Of a stretch of DNA of 64,000 bases, positions 1 through 10,337 are shown piece by piece. Position 1 is the first letter of the stretch; each line of letters begins with the position of its first letter. The translations under genes and the position numbers were made by a program. The DNA lies in the NCBI GenBank assembly GCA_937952265.1, contig CALFYW010000016.1, positions 334,661 through 398,660 on the forward strand. Reading direction: 5' to 3'. Source of the DNA: an uncultured bacterium. Its GTDB lineage: Bacteria > Patescibacteriota > Minisyncoccia > Phycocordibacterales > GCA-2401445. Under the pieces are notes generated by a model. It ran no database searches, was not told the DNA's origin, and saw only the letters and a program-made list of their open reading frames with translations.

Positions 1-166
1 TTGCGAGAGAGTGGTGTAGGTCTTGCGCGTCAGTATTGATTGAAATAAATTCAACCCCTTTTACTTTCGAAGCAACCATGTGGTTAACCGCATTACCGCC
101 AGAGCCGCCAACCCCGATAACCTTAATGCGTGCGAATGCTTCTACTTCTGGGATAACTTTTTGCAT
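1..166 (-). CDS. ftsZ: Cell division GTPase FtsZ, N-terminal fragment; gene continues past the window start
   Basis: Reverse-strand translation reads [50 protein letters not shown], the typical FtsZ N-terminus. It lies directly downstream of ftsA on the same strand. Confidence 0.85.
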   Translation of the reverse strand, partial: MQKVIPEVEAFARIKVIGVGGSGGNAVNHMVASKVKGVEFISINTDAQDLHHSLA

Positions 167-296
167 AGTCTAAAAATTGTAGGCAACTTTGAGAAAACTG
201 CGATTTCACAGTCTTCGAGCTCACCTATTCGCAACAATAATAACAGAGTAGAAAAATATTGACTACTTGACAGTAATCAAGGAAGTGTTTTGGTTC

Positions 297-1478
297 TTAT
301 GGAAGAAACTGTTTTATCCACTGAACCAAACTTTTTTTAGTGCTTTGAAATAGTTGATTGCTTAGTGATTTTTCTTCTCGCGCGGTAAATCCCCAAATCA
401 CGAGCCCATACGCTACTGACCAGGTTGAATCAATGACATGTCCTTTTCCTCCATTGGGCGCTAGATAAAGTGAGCCAATTTTTGAGGGAAGTCGGAGAGA
501 AGCCTTCGCGAGTTCTTCCACGGTGGTGATCCCTGATCCACCACCGGTAATGACAATTCCTGCAGGAAGGAGGCCGTCACGGCCGATCTTTTTAAGGTGG
601 GCCTCAATAAGCTCAAAAATATCTGATAGGCGAGCAACAATAATTTCTTCTAATTTCTTTTTCGGAACTGAAGCCGCAAGTGTTCCTAGCTTAACCTGCT
701 CCGCTTCTTCTAAAGGAATTTTGAGTCCAAGCGCAATATCGTTCGTAATCGCGGTAGATCCAATAGGGAAAATTTGAAGGGAGATTGGAACATTGTTTTC
801 AAAGACAACCATTGAGACGGTTTCAGCCCCAATATTCGCCAAAAGGCATCCCGCAATTTTTTGTGTTTTTGAAAGTGTTACCAAGCTTGCCGCGATAGGA
901 GAGGCCATTACATCTTCGACTTCAATGCCTGCTGTCTCGATCGCTGTAATTAAATCATGAAGGTGTTGTTCAAGGCAGAGAATAAAAAGAGTCTTTACCT
1001 CAAGACGGGTTCCTTTCATACCGATGGGGCGATTTCCTAAGACATCTTTTCCATCAATACGGTATTGTAAAGGGATCGTATGAAGTATTCGCCGATTTTG
1101 GGATAATGCGCCAGGGAGGTTTTGTTCACTGTCCTCGAGCGCGGCTTCAACGTCGATGTCCGTGATTTGAGAGTCAGCTCGAGAGATAACGGCTTTGCCG
1201 TTTGCAGTGACACTCTCCACGCTTACTCCGCCGACTCCCAAATAAGCTTTTTTTATCTTAATTCCAGAGGCTTTTTCTGCTTGGGCAACTGCTTGAGAAA
1301 TACTGCGCACCGCATCATTTGCATTGATGATGTATCCATGATGAATTCCTTTGGATTCTGCGTATCCAGTGCCTAAAATATGGGGCGCATACCGTTCTCC
1401 ATTCTTAACTCTTTCACCCACGACAACTTTGACGTGATAGGTGCCAATATCAATGCCGACCGCGATGTTTTTTCCCAT
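297..1478 (-). CDS. ftsA: Cell division protein FtsA (actin-like ATPase)
   Basis: ORF 297..1532 (-). The likely start is the internal MGKNIAVGIDIGTYHVKVVVGE, the FtsA/actin phosphate-1 motif. Conserved ftsA-ftsZ order. Confidence 0.85.
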   Translation of the reverse strand: MGKNIAVGIDIGTYHVKVVVGERVKNGERYAPHILGTGYAESKGIHHGYIINANDAVRSISQAVAQAEKASGIKIKKAYLGVGGVSVESVTANGKAVISRADSQITDIDVEAALEDSEQNLPGALSQNRRILHTIPLQYRIDGKDVLGNRPIGMKGTRLEVKTLFILCLEQHLHDLITAIETAGIEVEDVMASPIAASLVTLSKTQKIAGCLLANIGAETVSMVVFENNVPISLQIFPIGSTAITNDIALGLKIPLEEAEQVKLGTLAASVPKKKLEEIIVARLSDIFELIEAHLKKIGRDGLLPAGIVITGGGSGITTVEELAKASLRLPSKIGSLYLAPNGGKGHVIDSTWSVAYGLVIWGFTAREEKSLSNQLFQSTKKSLVQWIKQFLP

Positions 1479-1552
1479 AGCAATAAAATAAAAAGAGATA
1501 TGCATCGCGCGCATATCTCTTAAGCGTAACACTCGCCGATCTCGAGATGCTT

Positions 1553-1963
1553 TTAAATATGAAAACGCGCTCGCAATCTTTTTTCTTCACGTTCCATTGT
1601 ACTACCGTGGTCCAATCCTTTCAAATGGAGTAATGCGTGGATAAAGAGGTATCCAATGAACGCACGAGCATTCATCTTAAAAAGAGGAGCTTCTTTTGAT
1701 ACACAGTGAAGGTTAATGAAAATTTCACCGCCATTTTTCTCAAGCGGGAAAGCAAGTACATTTGTTGGCTTATCTTTATTCCGATAGGTTCGGTTGAGTG
1801 TGTGGGAGCGAGTGTTCCCAATAAAAACAAGACTCACTATTCCTGAATTACCTAGTACGGCTTCTTTTATTTTCTTGAAGGGGAGTAGGGGAATATGTAT
1901 TCGGGTGGTATTCGTGATTGAGAAAGAGGAACCCGTATGTGTCTTATGATGAGCGGCGAGCAT
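1553..1963 (-). CDS. ybeY: rRNA maturation endoribonuclease YbeY
   Basis: ORF 1553..2059 (-) carries TNVLAFP and HALLHLKGLDH (the HxxxHxxGxxH zinc motif of YbeY). The start was moved to the internal Met because the upstream part overlaps rpsU in another frame. Confidence 0.7.
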   Translation of the reverse strand: MLAAHHKTHTGSSFSITNTTRIHIPLLPFKKIKEAVLGNSGIVSLVFIGNTRSHTLNRTYRNKDKPTNVLAFPLEKNGGEIFINLHCVSKEAPLFKMNARAFIGYLFIHALLHLKGLDHGSTMEREEKRLRARFHI

Positions 1964-2174
1964 TAGGTCCTCTCTTGGGGGTATATTTACCCAGTTTAAT
2001 GAGCCGAGTGATTTCTTTTTTTCGTTCGATGCCTTTAAGCGCTCGTTTCTTTTGCCCATATTTCGAGGTTGGTCGAGTGCGGTATCTCAAGCGTTTAACG
2101 CGCATTAATACTCCTGATCCTCGGATCCGCTTCGTAAAGCGACGAATCAGGCTGACGTTATTCTCATTATTCAT
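1944..2174 (-). CDS. rpsU: 30S ribosomal protein S21
   Basis: ORF 1944..2201 (-) reads ...VSLIRRFTKRIRGSGVLMRVKRLRYRTRPTSKYGQKKRA..., the basic S21 pattern. The likely start is the second Met (MNNENNVSL). Confidence 0.7.
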   Translation of the reverse strand: MNNENNVSLIRRFTKRIRGSGVLMRVKRLRYRTRPTSKYGQKKRALKGIERKKEITRLIKLGKYTPKRGPNARRSS

Positions 2175-2263
2175 TTTTTCGGCTTCTGCATTTAAGGCCA
2201 TTGTCAGGAAATCCTAGCACATGATTCGTGGTTATTCAAGTCTTCTTGGAATGTGAGAAGACG

Positions 2264-3517
2264 CTAGATTTTTTTATTCCTTTTAAGGAAAGGGATCAGT
2301 GATGCAATAGGAACCACCTCCTGTGAACGTGTCTCCATATTGCGGACGATCACCGTGTGATCCATTGCTTCTCGCTGGCCAATGATAATGGTGTAAGGGA
2401 TTCGCATTCGCTCAGCAACGGAGAGTTGTCCGCTGATACGGTCACGGCTCAGTGTTTGATGCACGGGGATTTGCGCTTCGCGTAAGAGCTCGAGTGTGCG
2501 CAGGCTCGCAAGCTTTGCTTCAAAACCAAGTTGGATAAGAAATATTTTTGGAAGAGCGATTTTCTTTTGAGCACCCTTTTTATCTTTTTTCTTCGATGGT
2601 ATTGGAGCCGTAAGGCAGAGAGAAATTCCCACCGCATTAATTGGTTTTCTGCTTCCCATCTTTCGGGCAAGTTCGTCGTATCTCCCTCCTTGTGCTAACA
2701 GGGTGTCACTTCCTTTGTCTTCATCATTGATTGCCGTTCCGTCGTGAATTTCGAACACTGTTTTTGAATATGAGTCGTCAGCTCCAAGGAGGATGTTGTT
2801 GATTCGGTAAGGGATCTCCATGCTTTCAAGATATTCGAGTACTTGGGTAAAGTGAGTGCGACTCTGTTCATTGAGAAAGTTGATTGGCACGGGTGCGTTC
2901 TCATGCACGGGCGCGCATTTTTCATGCGTGCAGGTCATTACCTTGATAATGTCGCGTCGAATCAAGTCTTTACACGATGGCGTAAGCTCGTGCATGCTTC
3001 GGCGGTAATAGGCGTGGGCTTCTTTAAGGAAACGCACACGCGATTCAGTATCTCCAAGACTATTGATTTCTACGAATAAATTTTTATATCCATGATCTTT
3101 AAGAATAGAAATGGCAACCTGAATGATGATTGCTTCCGCGATGCTCTTTGAGACATGGATGATATCGAGACCGAAAAACCGAAATGAGAGCTTTCCCCCG
3201 CAGACCGCATTATCGTATGAAGGATTATGAAAAAGTAATAATGGAGGAGGAAGCTCGTGCAATGCATCTTCAAGATACACTTTTAAGACACAGAGACGTT
3301 CGGTGTGATACAAGGGCATTTTGCCTCGAGGAAGCACAGGTGCTGTTTTTTTATTTTGTCGTTTAGCTTTCTCTTTTTGATTGATTCGATGTTTTTCGGT
3401 AATTGCCCGAAGGGAATGAAATCCATAGAAAGAAGCAATTTCCGCAGCAGATTTATTAAAGATTTCCTCATTCGGCGTGCGGCTTGTGGTAGTGTGAGGG
3501 CGCGTTCTTTTGTTCAT
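2264..3517 (-). CDS. hisS: Histidine--tRNA ligase (class II aaRS) with a divergent, shortened N-terminal region
   Basis: Contains EINSLGD, GGRYDEL and a C-terminal anticodon-binding domain (...IPYTIIIGQREAMDHTVIVRNMETR...). The N-terminal YGF motif is present, but the motif-1 region appears replaced by a K-rich segment. Confidence 0.75.
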   Translation of the reverse strand: MNKRTRPHTTTSRTPNEEIFNKSAAEIASFYGFHSLRAITEKHRINQKEKAKRQNKKTAPVLPRGKMPLYHTERLCVLKVYLEDALHELPPPLLLFHNPSYDNAVCGGKLSFRFFGLDIIHVSKSIAEAIIIQVAISILKDHGYKNLFVEINSLGDTESRVRFLKEAHAYYRRSMHELTPSCKDLIRRDIIKVMTCTHEKCAPVHENAPVPINFLNEQSRTHFTQVLEYLESMEIPYRINNILLGADDSYSKTVFEIHDGTAINDEDKGSDTLLAQGGRYDELARKMGSRKPINAVGISLCLTAPIPSKKKDKKGAQKKIALPKIFLIQLGFEAKLASLRTLELLREAQIPVHQTLSRDRISGQLSVAERMRIPYTIIIGQREAMDHTVIVRNMETRSQEVVPIASLIPFLKRNKKI

Positions 3518-3520
3518 AGA

Positions 3521-4120
3521 CTATTGATTTTGATTATCATGAGTCGTCCCAGGGAAGAGGGAAAGGGATTCGAGCGGATATAAGCGCAAGAGTGCTCGAC
3601 CAATAATATTCTCTTTTGGAAGAGCTCCCCATCGGCGTGAATCAAAACTCACATCCCGATTATCTCCCATTACGAAATACTCGTTATCCTCTAGCCTCAG
3701 TCGCATCTGCTGATAATCGGTTTTGTTTTCAAGAAGATAGGGCTCTTTGAGTTCGAATCCGTCAGGGTGTTGTTCGTTTTGAATAATGATTCTATTTCTT
3801 TGAACGATAATGGTGTCGCCAGGAACTGCAATAATACGTTTAATAAAGAATTTTTCAGGTTCAAGCGGAAAACGGAAAATTACCACATCACCACGATTGG
3901 GTTCGTAGAGATGATAACCCAGTTGCTCAACTACTAAATAGTCCTGGTCTTGGAATGAGGGTTCCATTGATGCACCATCGACCACAAAAGGAGTAATGAT
4001 GAAAAGTCTGATGGGGATAATAACGGCGAGTGCAAAAATAGTGAATCGAAAAAGATCAATGAAAGAATTTTCTTTTTTGAAAGCCTGTTCATTAGGTGAG
4101 AGACCCTCGTATTCCATCAT
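3521..4120 (-). CDS. lepB: Signal peptidase I
   Basis: ORF 3521..4201 (-) has GASMEPS (catalytic Ser box) and GDNRDVSFDSRRWG (box E). Start trimmed to the internal MMEYEG, just before the TM anchor. Confidence 0.8.
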   Translation of the reverse strand: MMEYEGLSPNEQAFKKENSFIDLFRFTIFALAVIIPIRLFIITPFVVDGASMEPSFQDQDYLVVEQLGYHLYEPNRGDVVIFRFPLEPEKFFIKRIIAVPGDTIIVQRNRIIIQNEQHPDGFELKEPYLLENKTDYQQMRLRLEDNEYFVMGDNRDVSFDSRRWGALPKENIIGRALLRLYPLESLSLFPGTTHDNQNQ

Positions 4121-4207
4121 GATGCGACAATTGTAGTACAGAATAATTAATGGCACAAGATTTTTTGCGTTTCCTTCTGTAGCAGGTACAATAATGTGCA
4201 TAACATT

Positions 4208-4801
4208 ATGGCGGTTTATACGTTTGTTGGATTAGGGAACCCGCAAGATGAGTACGATGGCACTCGTCACAATACGGGGAATATGGCAGTTGAAGCCTTA
4301 CGAAAGGTTTTTGATTTTGAAGACTGGAGTTTAGATAAACGACATGAAAGTCTTGTTTCTCGTGGCGTGTATGAGAAAGAGAAAGTGGTTCTTATGCTTC
4401 CGCAAACTTATATGAATAAATCGGGGAAGGCTGTTGTTGGGTTGGCAGGGAAGCCTTCGTCGCGTGAACGATTGGTGGTAATCCATGATGATCTTGATAT
4501 TCCATTTGGTTCCTTTAAAATTTCATTTGGTAAACATTCTGGCGGGCATCGGGGTGTAGATTCGATCGTGAGAAGTGCTAAATCACGAGATTTCATAAGA
4601 ATACGCATTGGTATTTCTAAAGTGTCCTCCAAAGGCAAGCTACTCAAGCCAAAAGGTGAACAGGCAGTCGAGAAGTGGATATTAGGGGCTTTTACGAAGG
4701 ATGAATTATCAGCATTAAAACGCGTCTTTAAAAAAGTGGGTGAGGCGAGCAAGATGATTATTGAAGAGGGGAGGGGGCAGGCAATGAATCAATTTAATTA
4801 A
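4208..4801 (+). CDS. pth: Peptidyl-tRNA hydrolase
   Basis: FVGLGNPQDEYDGTRHNTGNMAV is the Pth signature. ORF 4196..4801; start placed at MAVYTF. Confidence 0.85.
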   Translation: MAVYTFVGLGNPQDEYDGTRHNTGNMAVEALRKVFDFEDWSLDKRHESLVSRGVYEKEKVVLMLPQTYMNKSGKAVVGLAGKPSSRERLVVIHDDLDIPFGSFKISFGKHSGGHRGVDSIVRSAKSRDFIRIRIGISKVSSKGKLLKPKGEQAVEKWILGAFTKDELSALKRVFKKVGEASKMIIEEGRGQAMNQFN

Positions 4802-4828
4802 AATAATAAAAGAGTTATTCGTGCACAA

Positions 4829-4868
4829 TAAAAAAATCGTCCTGAATAATCAGAGGACGATTTTTTTA
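4829..4868. terminator. Bidirectional rho-independent terminator between convergent pth and rpsA
   Basis: aaaaaaa-TCGTCCTG-aataatc-AGAGGACGA-ttttttt. A perfect stem flanked by an A-run and a T-run, so it can terminate on both strands. Confidence 0.6.
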
Positions 4869-4908
4869 TTGATAAGTCAATACTTGAAAGAGGGAAGCGG
4901 GGAAGTGT

Positions 4909-6045
4909 TTATTTTTCGGCGTGTGTTTTCTTACTCTTGGTTGCCGCGGTTACGTATGAGAGTGCCATTTTTTGTTCCTTAGGATCAAAGAGGGTAATCG
5001 TAAATTCGTAAGTTTTTCCAAGTTCAAGTGTTTCTCGTAATTTTTCTTCACTTCCGAATTCTGAAATATGTACCAGCCCCGCAATACCTTCCTCAATACT
5101 CGCGAGCGCACCATGTTTGTTATATTTAATAATCACCCCATTAACGGTGTCATCTTTATGATACTTCTTCTCTGCTCCAAACCATGGATTTGGTTTGAGT
5201 ATCTTGATAGAGAGCGAGATCTTCCCTTCCTTTACCTCAATAATTTTTGCCTGTACTTTGTCGCCAATTTTAAACATGGATCGAGGATTTTCAACCAGCG
5301 ACCAATCAATCTCTGAGATATGTACGAGACCCTCTAATCCTTCATCGATTTTGACAAAGATTCCAAAATCAACAATGCCGGTAATGACTCCATCAACGAC
5401 ATCTCCCACATTAAATCGGTCGACCATTTCCTGGCGGTCTTTTTGTTCAGGGCTTTTTTCAGAGAAAATAAGTTTTCCTTCTTTAGGTGAGGCACCGATA
5501 ATCGTGACTGATAACTTCTCTCCTACGAGCTGTTTTAGTTCCTCGAATATCTTTTCTTTGTCACCATCTTCTACTCTCGGATAATGTTCTGATTTGAGTT
5601 GTGACGCGGGCAAAAAGCCGGTAATACCCTGCCATTCAAGAATAAGCCCGCCCTTATTGGCTTCCTTTACCGAAAGCTCAATAATTGCTTTCTGTTGCAT
5701 GAGGTCTTCAGCCTCTCCCCAAATAATTGCTTGTCGTGCTTCCCGTAATGATAATTCAATATATCCGTCCTCATTCGTAGTGGTATCTACTACCTTTGCC
5801 GCAATGGTGTCATTAACGTTAACACGCTTAATCACCTCACGCGCATTCATAAACTCTTTTCCGTAAATGATACCCGTGCCAAACGGTGTCAGATCAACAA
5901 ATAACGCATTTTTATCAACGGCAATAACTGGACCCTCTACCATATCTCCTTCTGCTGGAGGTGTTGGACTTTCTGCGAGGATCTGCTCCATGAGAGCGGT
6001 ATTTCGCGGGTCTGTGGTTAGAGGATTTTGGACTAATGTATTCAT
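4909..6045 (-). CDS. rpsA: 30S ribosomal protein S1 (multiple S1 domains)
   Basis: Repeated S1-domain motifs: GxV..I..FGxFV, and two copies of GLVHISEI/GLVHISEF. Confidence 0.85.
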   Translation of the reverse strand: MNTLVQNPLTTDPRNTALMEQILAESPTPPAEGDMVEGPVIAVDKNALFVDLTPFGTGIIYGKEFMNAREVIKRVNVNDTIAAKVVDTTTNEDGYIELSLREARQAIIWGEAEDLMQQKAIIELSVKEANKGGLILEWQGITGFLPASQLKSEHYPRVEDGDKEKIFEELKQLVGEKLSVTIIGASPKEGKLIFSEKSPEQKDRQEMVDRFNVGDVVDGVITGIVDFGIFVKIDEGLEGLVHISEIDWSLVENPRSMFKIGDKVQAKIIEVKEGKISLSIKILKPNPWFGAEKKYHKDDTVNGVIIKYNKHGALASIEEGIAGLVHISEFGSEEKLRETLELGKTYEFTITLFDPKEQKMALSYVTAATKSKKTHAEK

Positions 6046-6224
6046 GTAATTTTTTGTATGCTACAAGATCTACGGTTGCTTAAAACGTAAGCGTGCGCAG
6101 GGGTTACCTTGCGAGCATGGTAAATAAGAGTGAATAAGTATACCCAATCTTTTCTAGTTTGTCTATAGGTATACGAGAGTGAATAGACTGTTTTTTCTTC
6201 TGTTTTATGCTATGATGCGCCTTA

Positions 6225-6854
6225 ATGGTGATTACCTATCACGGTGTTGGTTTTGTGAAGGTTCAATTTAGCGATATTACGATCGCGGTGAATCCTATTG
6301 CAAAAGAATCAAAACATAGAAGTCCTAAATTTGGGGCTGATATTGGGATTGTCTCTCTCGACCACCCCGACTGTAATGGTGTTCCCCAGCTTGCCTATGG
6401 GGGGAAGGAACCTTTTTTGATACAAGGTCCGGGTGAGTATGAAGTAAAGGGAGTCTTTATCAAGGGTTTTCCAGGAGTTTCTCATTATGGTGGGAAAGAG
6501 ATCATGAATACCATTTACGCAGTTTCTCTGGAAGGTATGAATCTTTGTTTTCTTGGTGCGCTTGAAGATCCGGCACTTGAAGGAAAAACGAAAGAAGCGC
6601 TTGATGCGGTTGATATTCTGTTTGTCCCTATTGGTGGCGAAGGAGTGCTTTCTTCTCAAGTGGCATATAAGCTGAGTGTTTCGTTGGAGCCTAAGATTAT
6701 TGTTCCGATTTTTTTCGAAGGCAAGAGCGCGCTCGATGCATTTAAGAAAGAGGGTGGAGTAACCACTAGCGAGCCGGTTGAGAAATTAACCGTTAAGCGA
6801 AGAGATCTCGAGAGTAAGGGTGGAGAGATCGTGGTACTTACCTCACTCTCATAA
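6225..6854 (+). CDS. MBL-fold metal-dependent hydrolase (UPF0173-like)
   Basis: N-terminal MVITYHGVGFVKVQF..IAVNPI and a SLDHPDCNG metal-binding-like segment. ~209 aa, typical size for this family. Confidence 0.6.
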   Translation: MVITYHGVGFVKVQFSDITIAVNPIAKESKHRSPKFGADIGIVSLDHPDCNGVPQLAYGGKEPFLIQGPGEYEVKGVFIKGFPGVSHYGGKEIMNTIYAVSLEGMNLCFLGALEDPALEGKTKEALDAVDILFVPIGGEGVLSSQVAYKLSVSLEPKIIVPIFFEGKSALDAFKKEGGVTTSEPVEKLTVKRRDLESKGGEIVVLTSLS

Positions 6855-6859
6855 CTTCT

Positions 6860-7204
6860 ATGTCTATTATTACCAGACTTCAGCAAGGGTCTGAACAAAA
6901 ACGGCGCATGGTGCATATTGCGCTTACGGTTGTGTTAACCCTTATGGTGTTGGGGATGTGGTTTTTAGCAGAACGGGCATTTTCTAATAACTACTCGTAT
7001 CAGAATGCTTCACCCGGATCGCGACAGGAAGCAGCTGTTTCAGAAAATCGTTTTTTTAACGATGCGAGAGAGGTTTCCCCTTCTCAAGAAACAGGAAAAA
7101 TTTCTACTGCATTTGATCATACTCGCGCGCTCATTGGAGATGCTCAAACTTCAATTAACCGATTGATTGACGCGGTGGTACTTTTCCGCGATCGAGGGCT
7201 CTAG
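6860..7204 (+). CDS. Hypothetical small membrane protein
   Basis: 114-aa ORF with one predicted TM segment (IALTVVLTLMVLGMWFLA). No recognisable domain. Confidence 0.35.
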   Translation: MSIITRLQQGSEQKRRMVHIALTVVLTLMVLGMWFLAERAFSNNYSYQNASPGSRQEAAVSENRFFNDAREVSPSQETGKISTAFDHTRALIGDAQTSINRLIDAVVLFRDRGL

Positions 7205-7261
7205 AAGGGCTTCTCAAGCACTTTTATTGTGGTGAAAAGTGTGTTAAAATAAGGGTTATCT

Positions 7262-9730
7262 ATGGCATCACGCAAGCATAACGATTCGCAGGAATCATCT
7301 TCAAATAGACGCGAAGGCGCGGTTATTGCACGCAGTATCACGAGTGAGATGCGGGAATCGTATCTTGATTACGCGATGTCAGTAATTACCTCGCGGGCTC
7401 TCCCAGATGTGCGCGATGGGCTCAAGCCCGTTCAGCGGCGAATTCTCTTTGTGATGCATGAGCTTGGTCTTGCGCATACCGCCAAGTTTCGTAAATGCGC
7501 TAAGATCGCAGGTGATACTTCAGGAAATTACCATCCACATGGTGAGTCAAACGTCTATGGCGCATTGGTAAATTTGGCGCAAGATTTTAGTATGCGGTAC
7601 CCGCTGGTTGCTGGGCAGGGTAACTTTGGTTCGGTTGATGGTGATCCTCCTGCGGCCATGCGTTATACCGAAGCTAAACTTTCTCGTGTCGCGGGAGAAT
7701 TGCTTCGTGATCTCGAAAAGGAGACGGTTGATTGGCGGCCGAACTACGAAGGTACCCGTGAAGAACCCATTGTGCTTCCTGCGGCGGTCCCCAATCTTCT
7801 GCTTAATGGAACGCTTGGTATTGCGGTCGGCATGGCGACTAACATTCCGCCACATAACCTTCGGGAGGTCATTGATGCCACGGTTCATCTGATTGATCAC
7901 CCAAAAGCATCCACTGAGGATCTCTTGAAGTATGTGACAGGGCCTGATTTTCCGACAGGGGGGATGATTTTTAATGAAAAAGACATTCATCACGCGTATG
8001 CAAACGGAAAGGGCGGCGTCGTAATGCGCGGGGCAGCGGATATTAGTGAAGCACGGGGTGGATCTCAAATTGTGATTACTTCCCTTCCATATCGAGTTAA
8101 CAAGGCAGACCTCATTACTACTATTGCAGACTTGGTACGAGATAAAAAAGTTGAGGGAATTAAGGATTTGCGTGATGAGTCGACCCGAGAAATTCGAGTT
8201 GTCATTGATCTCAAACAAACTGCGCATCCCCAGAAAGTATTAAACGCCCTCTATAAGCACACACAACTCGAAGAGACCTTCCATTTTAATATGGTTGGGC
8301 TGGTTGATGACGTGCCACAAACACTTTCGCTCAAATCCCTCCTTGAAGCCTTTATTCGTCATCGGATTGAAGTAATTACAAAACGCACCCAGTTCGATTT
8401 GCGAAAGGCTGAAGATCGAGAGCATATTCTGAGCGGTTTGAAGAAAGCGCTCGATCATATTGATAAGATTATTAAGCTGATTCGAGCCGCAAAGGACGCG
8501 CCTACCGCGCACAAAGAATTGATGAAAGAGTTCCGTTTTTCAGATCGACAAGCAACAGCCATTCTTGAAATGCGTTTGCAAAAACTCGCGGGGCTTGAAC
8601 GAAAGAAGGTTGAAGAAGAGCTTGAGCAGGTTCGCGCATTGATTAAAAAACTCAAGGCAATTCTTGCGAGCGACCGAGAGATTGAGAAAGTGGTGAAAGG
8701 CGAACTTGCCGAAATTAAAGAAAAATATGGGGATGATCGAAAGACTATGGTTATCTCCCATGGAGTAAAACAGATTTCTGATGAAGACTTAATCCCTGAT
8801 GATGAGAGTGTGCTTGTGATGACACAAGGCGGATATGTAAAGCGTACTGACCCAAGCGAGTATCGTATCCAAAAGCGTGGTGGGGTCGGTGTGGTTGATT
8901 TGAATACCAAAGAAGAAGATTTTATCACCCGTATCCTTACTACCAAGACGCATAGCAACTTACTTTTCTTTACCGATCGGGGAAAAGTATATCAGATTAA
9001 GATGTATGAAATTCCGCAAGGGAAACGTACCACCAAAGGTAAATCATTAATGAATTTCCTCGCGCTTTCAGGTGATGAAAAAATTAATTCAGTGGTTGCA
9101 ATGCCTCGTGATGTTCGTAACACCTCATCCTCACTGTTTATGGTAACCGAACGAGGGGTGGTAAAACGAGTCATGGCAAAAAATTTCTTCGATGTTCGAA
9201 GTTCGGGAATTATCGCCATTAAACTCTCTCCCGGAGATCGTCTAATCAACTCACTTTTTGTGGAAGCCTCCGATGATATCATTTTAATTACGAAAAAAGG
9301 GCGATCAATACGCTTTAGTGCTCAGGACGTACGAGATATGGGGCGAAGCGCCGCCGGAGTGCGAGGCATGAATCTTGCCTCAGGAGATACGATTATTGGT
9401 GCTGATGTCATTAAGAAGAGTGTAGGGGATTCAACACTCCTTGTGGTGAGCGAACAAGGCTATGGTAAGCAGACATCTCTTTCTGAGTATAAGGTACAGA
9501 AGCGTGGCGGCTCAGGAATTTTGACCGCAAAGCTCACTTCTAAGACAGGCGCGCTGGTTTCTGGTGAGGTCATTACGGCCGAGTATGCGGAGATCGTCGC
9601 CATGTCAAAGAAAGGACAAGTGATTCGCTTATCCATTAAAGACATTCCATCGCTTGGAAGACAAACCCAAGGTGTGCGAGTAATGCGCTTGCGTGCCCAT
9701 GATCACATCGCTTGTGTTGTGTGTATCTAG
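7262..9730 (+). CDS. gyrA: DNA gyrase subunit A
   Basis: [29 protein letters not shown] (active-site Tyr region), the GyrA box QRRGGxG, and C-terminal beta-pinwheel repeats. Confidence 0.95.
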   Translation: MASRKHNDSQESSSNRREGAVIARSITSEMRESYLDYAMSVITSRALPDVRDGLKPVQRRILFVMHELGLAHTAKFRKCAKIAGDTSGNYHPHGESNVYGALVNLAQDFSMRYPLVAGQGNFGSVDGDPPAAMRYTEAKLSRVAGELLRDLEKETVDWRPNYEGTREEPIVLPAAVPNLLLNGTLGIAVGMATNIPPHNLREVIDATVHLIDHPKASTEDLLKYVTGPDFPTGGMIFNEKDIHHAYANGKGGVVMRGAADISEARGGSQIVITSLPYRVNKADLITTIADLVRDKKVEGIKDLRDESTREIRVVIDLKQTAHPQKVLNALYKHTQLEETFHFNMVGLVDDVPQTLSLKSLLEAFIRHRIEVITKRTQFDLRKAEDREHILSGLKKALDHIDKIIKLIRAAKDAPTAHKELMKEFRFSDRQATAILEMRLQKLAGLERKKVEEELEQVRALIKKLKAILASDREIEKVVKGELAEIKEKYGDDRKTMVISHGVKQISDEDLIPDDESVLVMTQGGYVKRTDPSEYRIQKRGGVGVVDLNTKEEDFITRILTTKTHSNLLFFTDRGKVYQIKMYEIPQGKRTTKGKSLMNFLALSGDEKINSVVAMPRDVRNTSSSLFMVTERGVVKRVMAKNFFDVRSSGIIAIKLSPGDRLINSLFVEASDDIILITKKGRSIRFSAQDVRDMGRSAAGVRGMNLASGDTIIGADVIKKSVGDSTLLVVSEQGYGKQTSLSEYKVQKRGGSGILTAKLTSKTGALVSGEVITAEYAEIVAMSKKGQVIRLSIKDIPSLGRQTQGVRVMRLRAHDHIACVVCI

Positions 9731-9803
9731 CTTCTGAAGCCCCCTCTCGCTTCCTGGTGATAAAATTATTTTCATAGCACGGAGTTCGCGATATACTAAT
9801 GGT

Positions 9804-10337
9804 ATGCCATTTGCGCAACCAAGAGATAATATTGCCACATTTGGGCTCGAGCCGGGAATGATCGTGGCTGACCTTGGTGCTGGGTCAGGGTTTTATGCGC
9901 TCGCCGCAGCTCGCGCGGTAGGAGAAACGGGTCGTGTGTATGCGGTTGAAGTGCAGAAGGAGCTTTTAACCCGTATTAAGAATACGGCTTCCAAAGAAGG
10001 GATTTATACCATTGAAGTGATCTGGGGTGATTTGGAAGAAATCGGAGGAAGCAAGCTCCGAGATAATTCGGTTGATCGAGTCATTGTGTCAAATATTTTA
10101 TTTCAGCTCGAAAACCACGAGCTATTTACTCGAGAGGCTTTTCGAATTCTTCGCCCGCATGGCGAGGCGCTCATTGTTGAATGGAGCGGGTCTTTTGGAG
10201 GTGTTGGGCCACGCCCCGAACAAGTAATTGCTGAAGCCGATGCGCGCGCGTTATTTGAACGTAACGGTTTTTCTTTTGTACGGAGCCTTTCAAACCCGGG
10301 TGAGCATCATTATGGATTTATTGTGAAAAAACCATGA
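9804..10337 (+). CDS. Class I SAM-dependent methyltransferase
   Basis: VADLGAGSGFYALAAA is motif I, followed by ...ALIVEW. Overlaps the next gene by 4 nt (ATGA), which suggests operon coupling. Confidence 0.75.
   Translation: MPFAQPRDNIATFGLEPGMIVADLGAGSGFYALAAARAVGETGRVYAVEVQKELLTRIKNTASKEGIYTIEVIWGDLEEIGGSKLRDNSVDRVIVSNILFQLENHELFTREAFRILRPHGEALIVEWSGSFGGVGPRPEQVIAEADARALFERNGFSFVRSLSNPGEHHYGFIVKKP

Noticed and set aside
80-262. ORF 80-262 (+)
   Set aside because: It overlaps the FtsZ N-terminal coding region on the opposite strand and has no recognisable features.
523-777. Plus-strand ORFs (523-777, 1122-1376) inside ftsA, and similar antisense ORFs inside gyrA (7547-8227, 8455-8958), infB (17839-18909), clpB (22065-22944), topA (35314-35667) and rpsA (5068-5866)
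   Set aside because: They lie wholly inside, and antisense or out of frame to, strongly supported conserved genes. Their low-complexity, Ser/Arg/Cys-rich translations are typical of spurious shadow ORFs.
1918-2217. ORF 1918-2217 (+, TTG start) antisense to rpsU/ybeY
   Set aside because: Antisense shadow of the S21 gene with a basic, low-complexity product.
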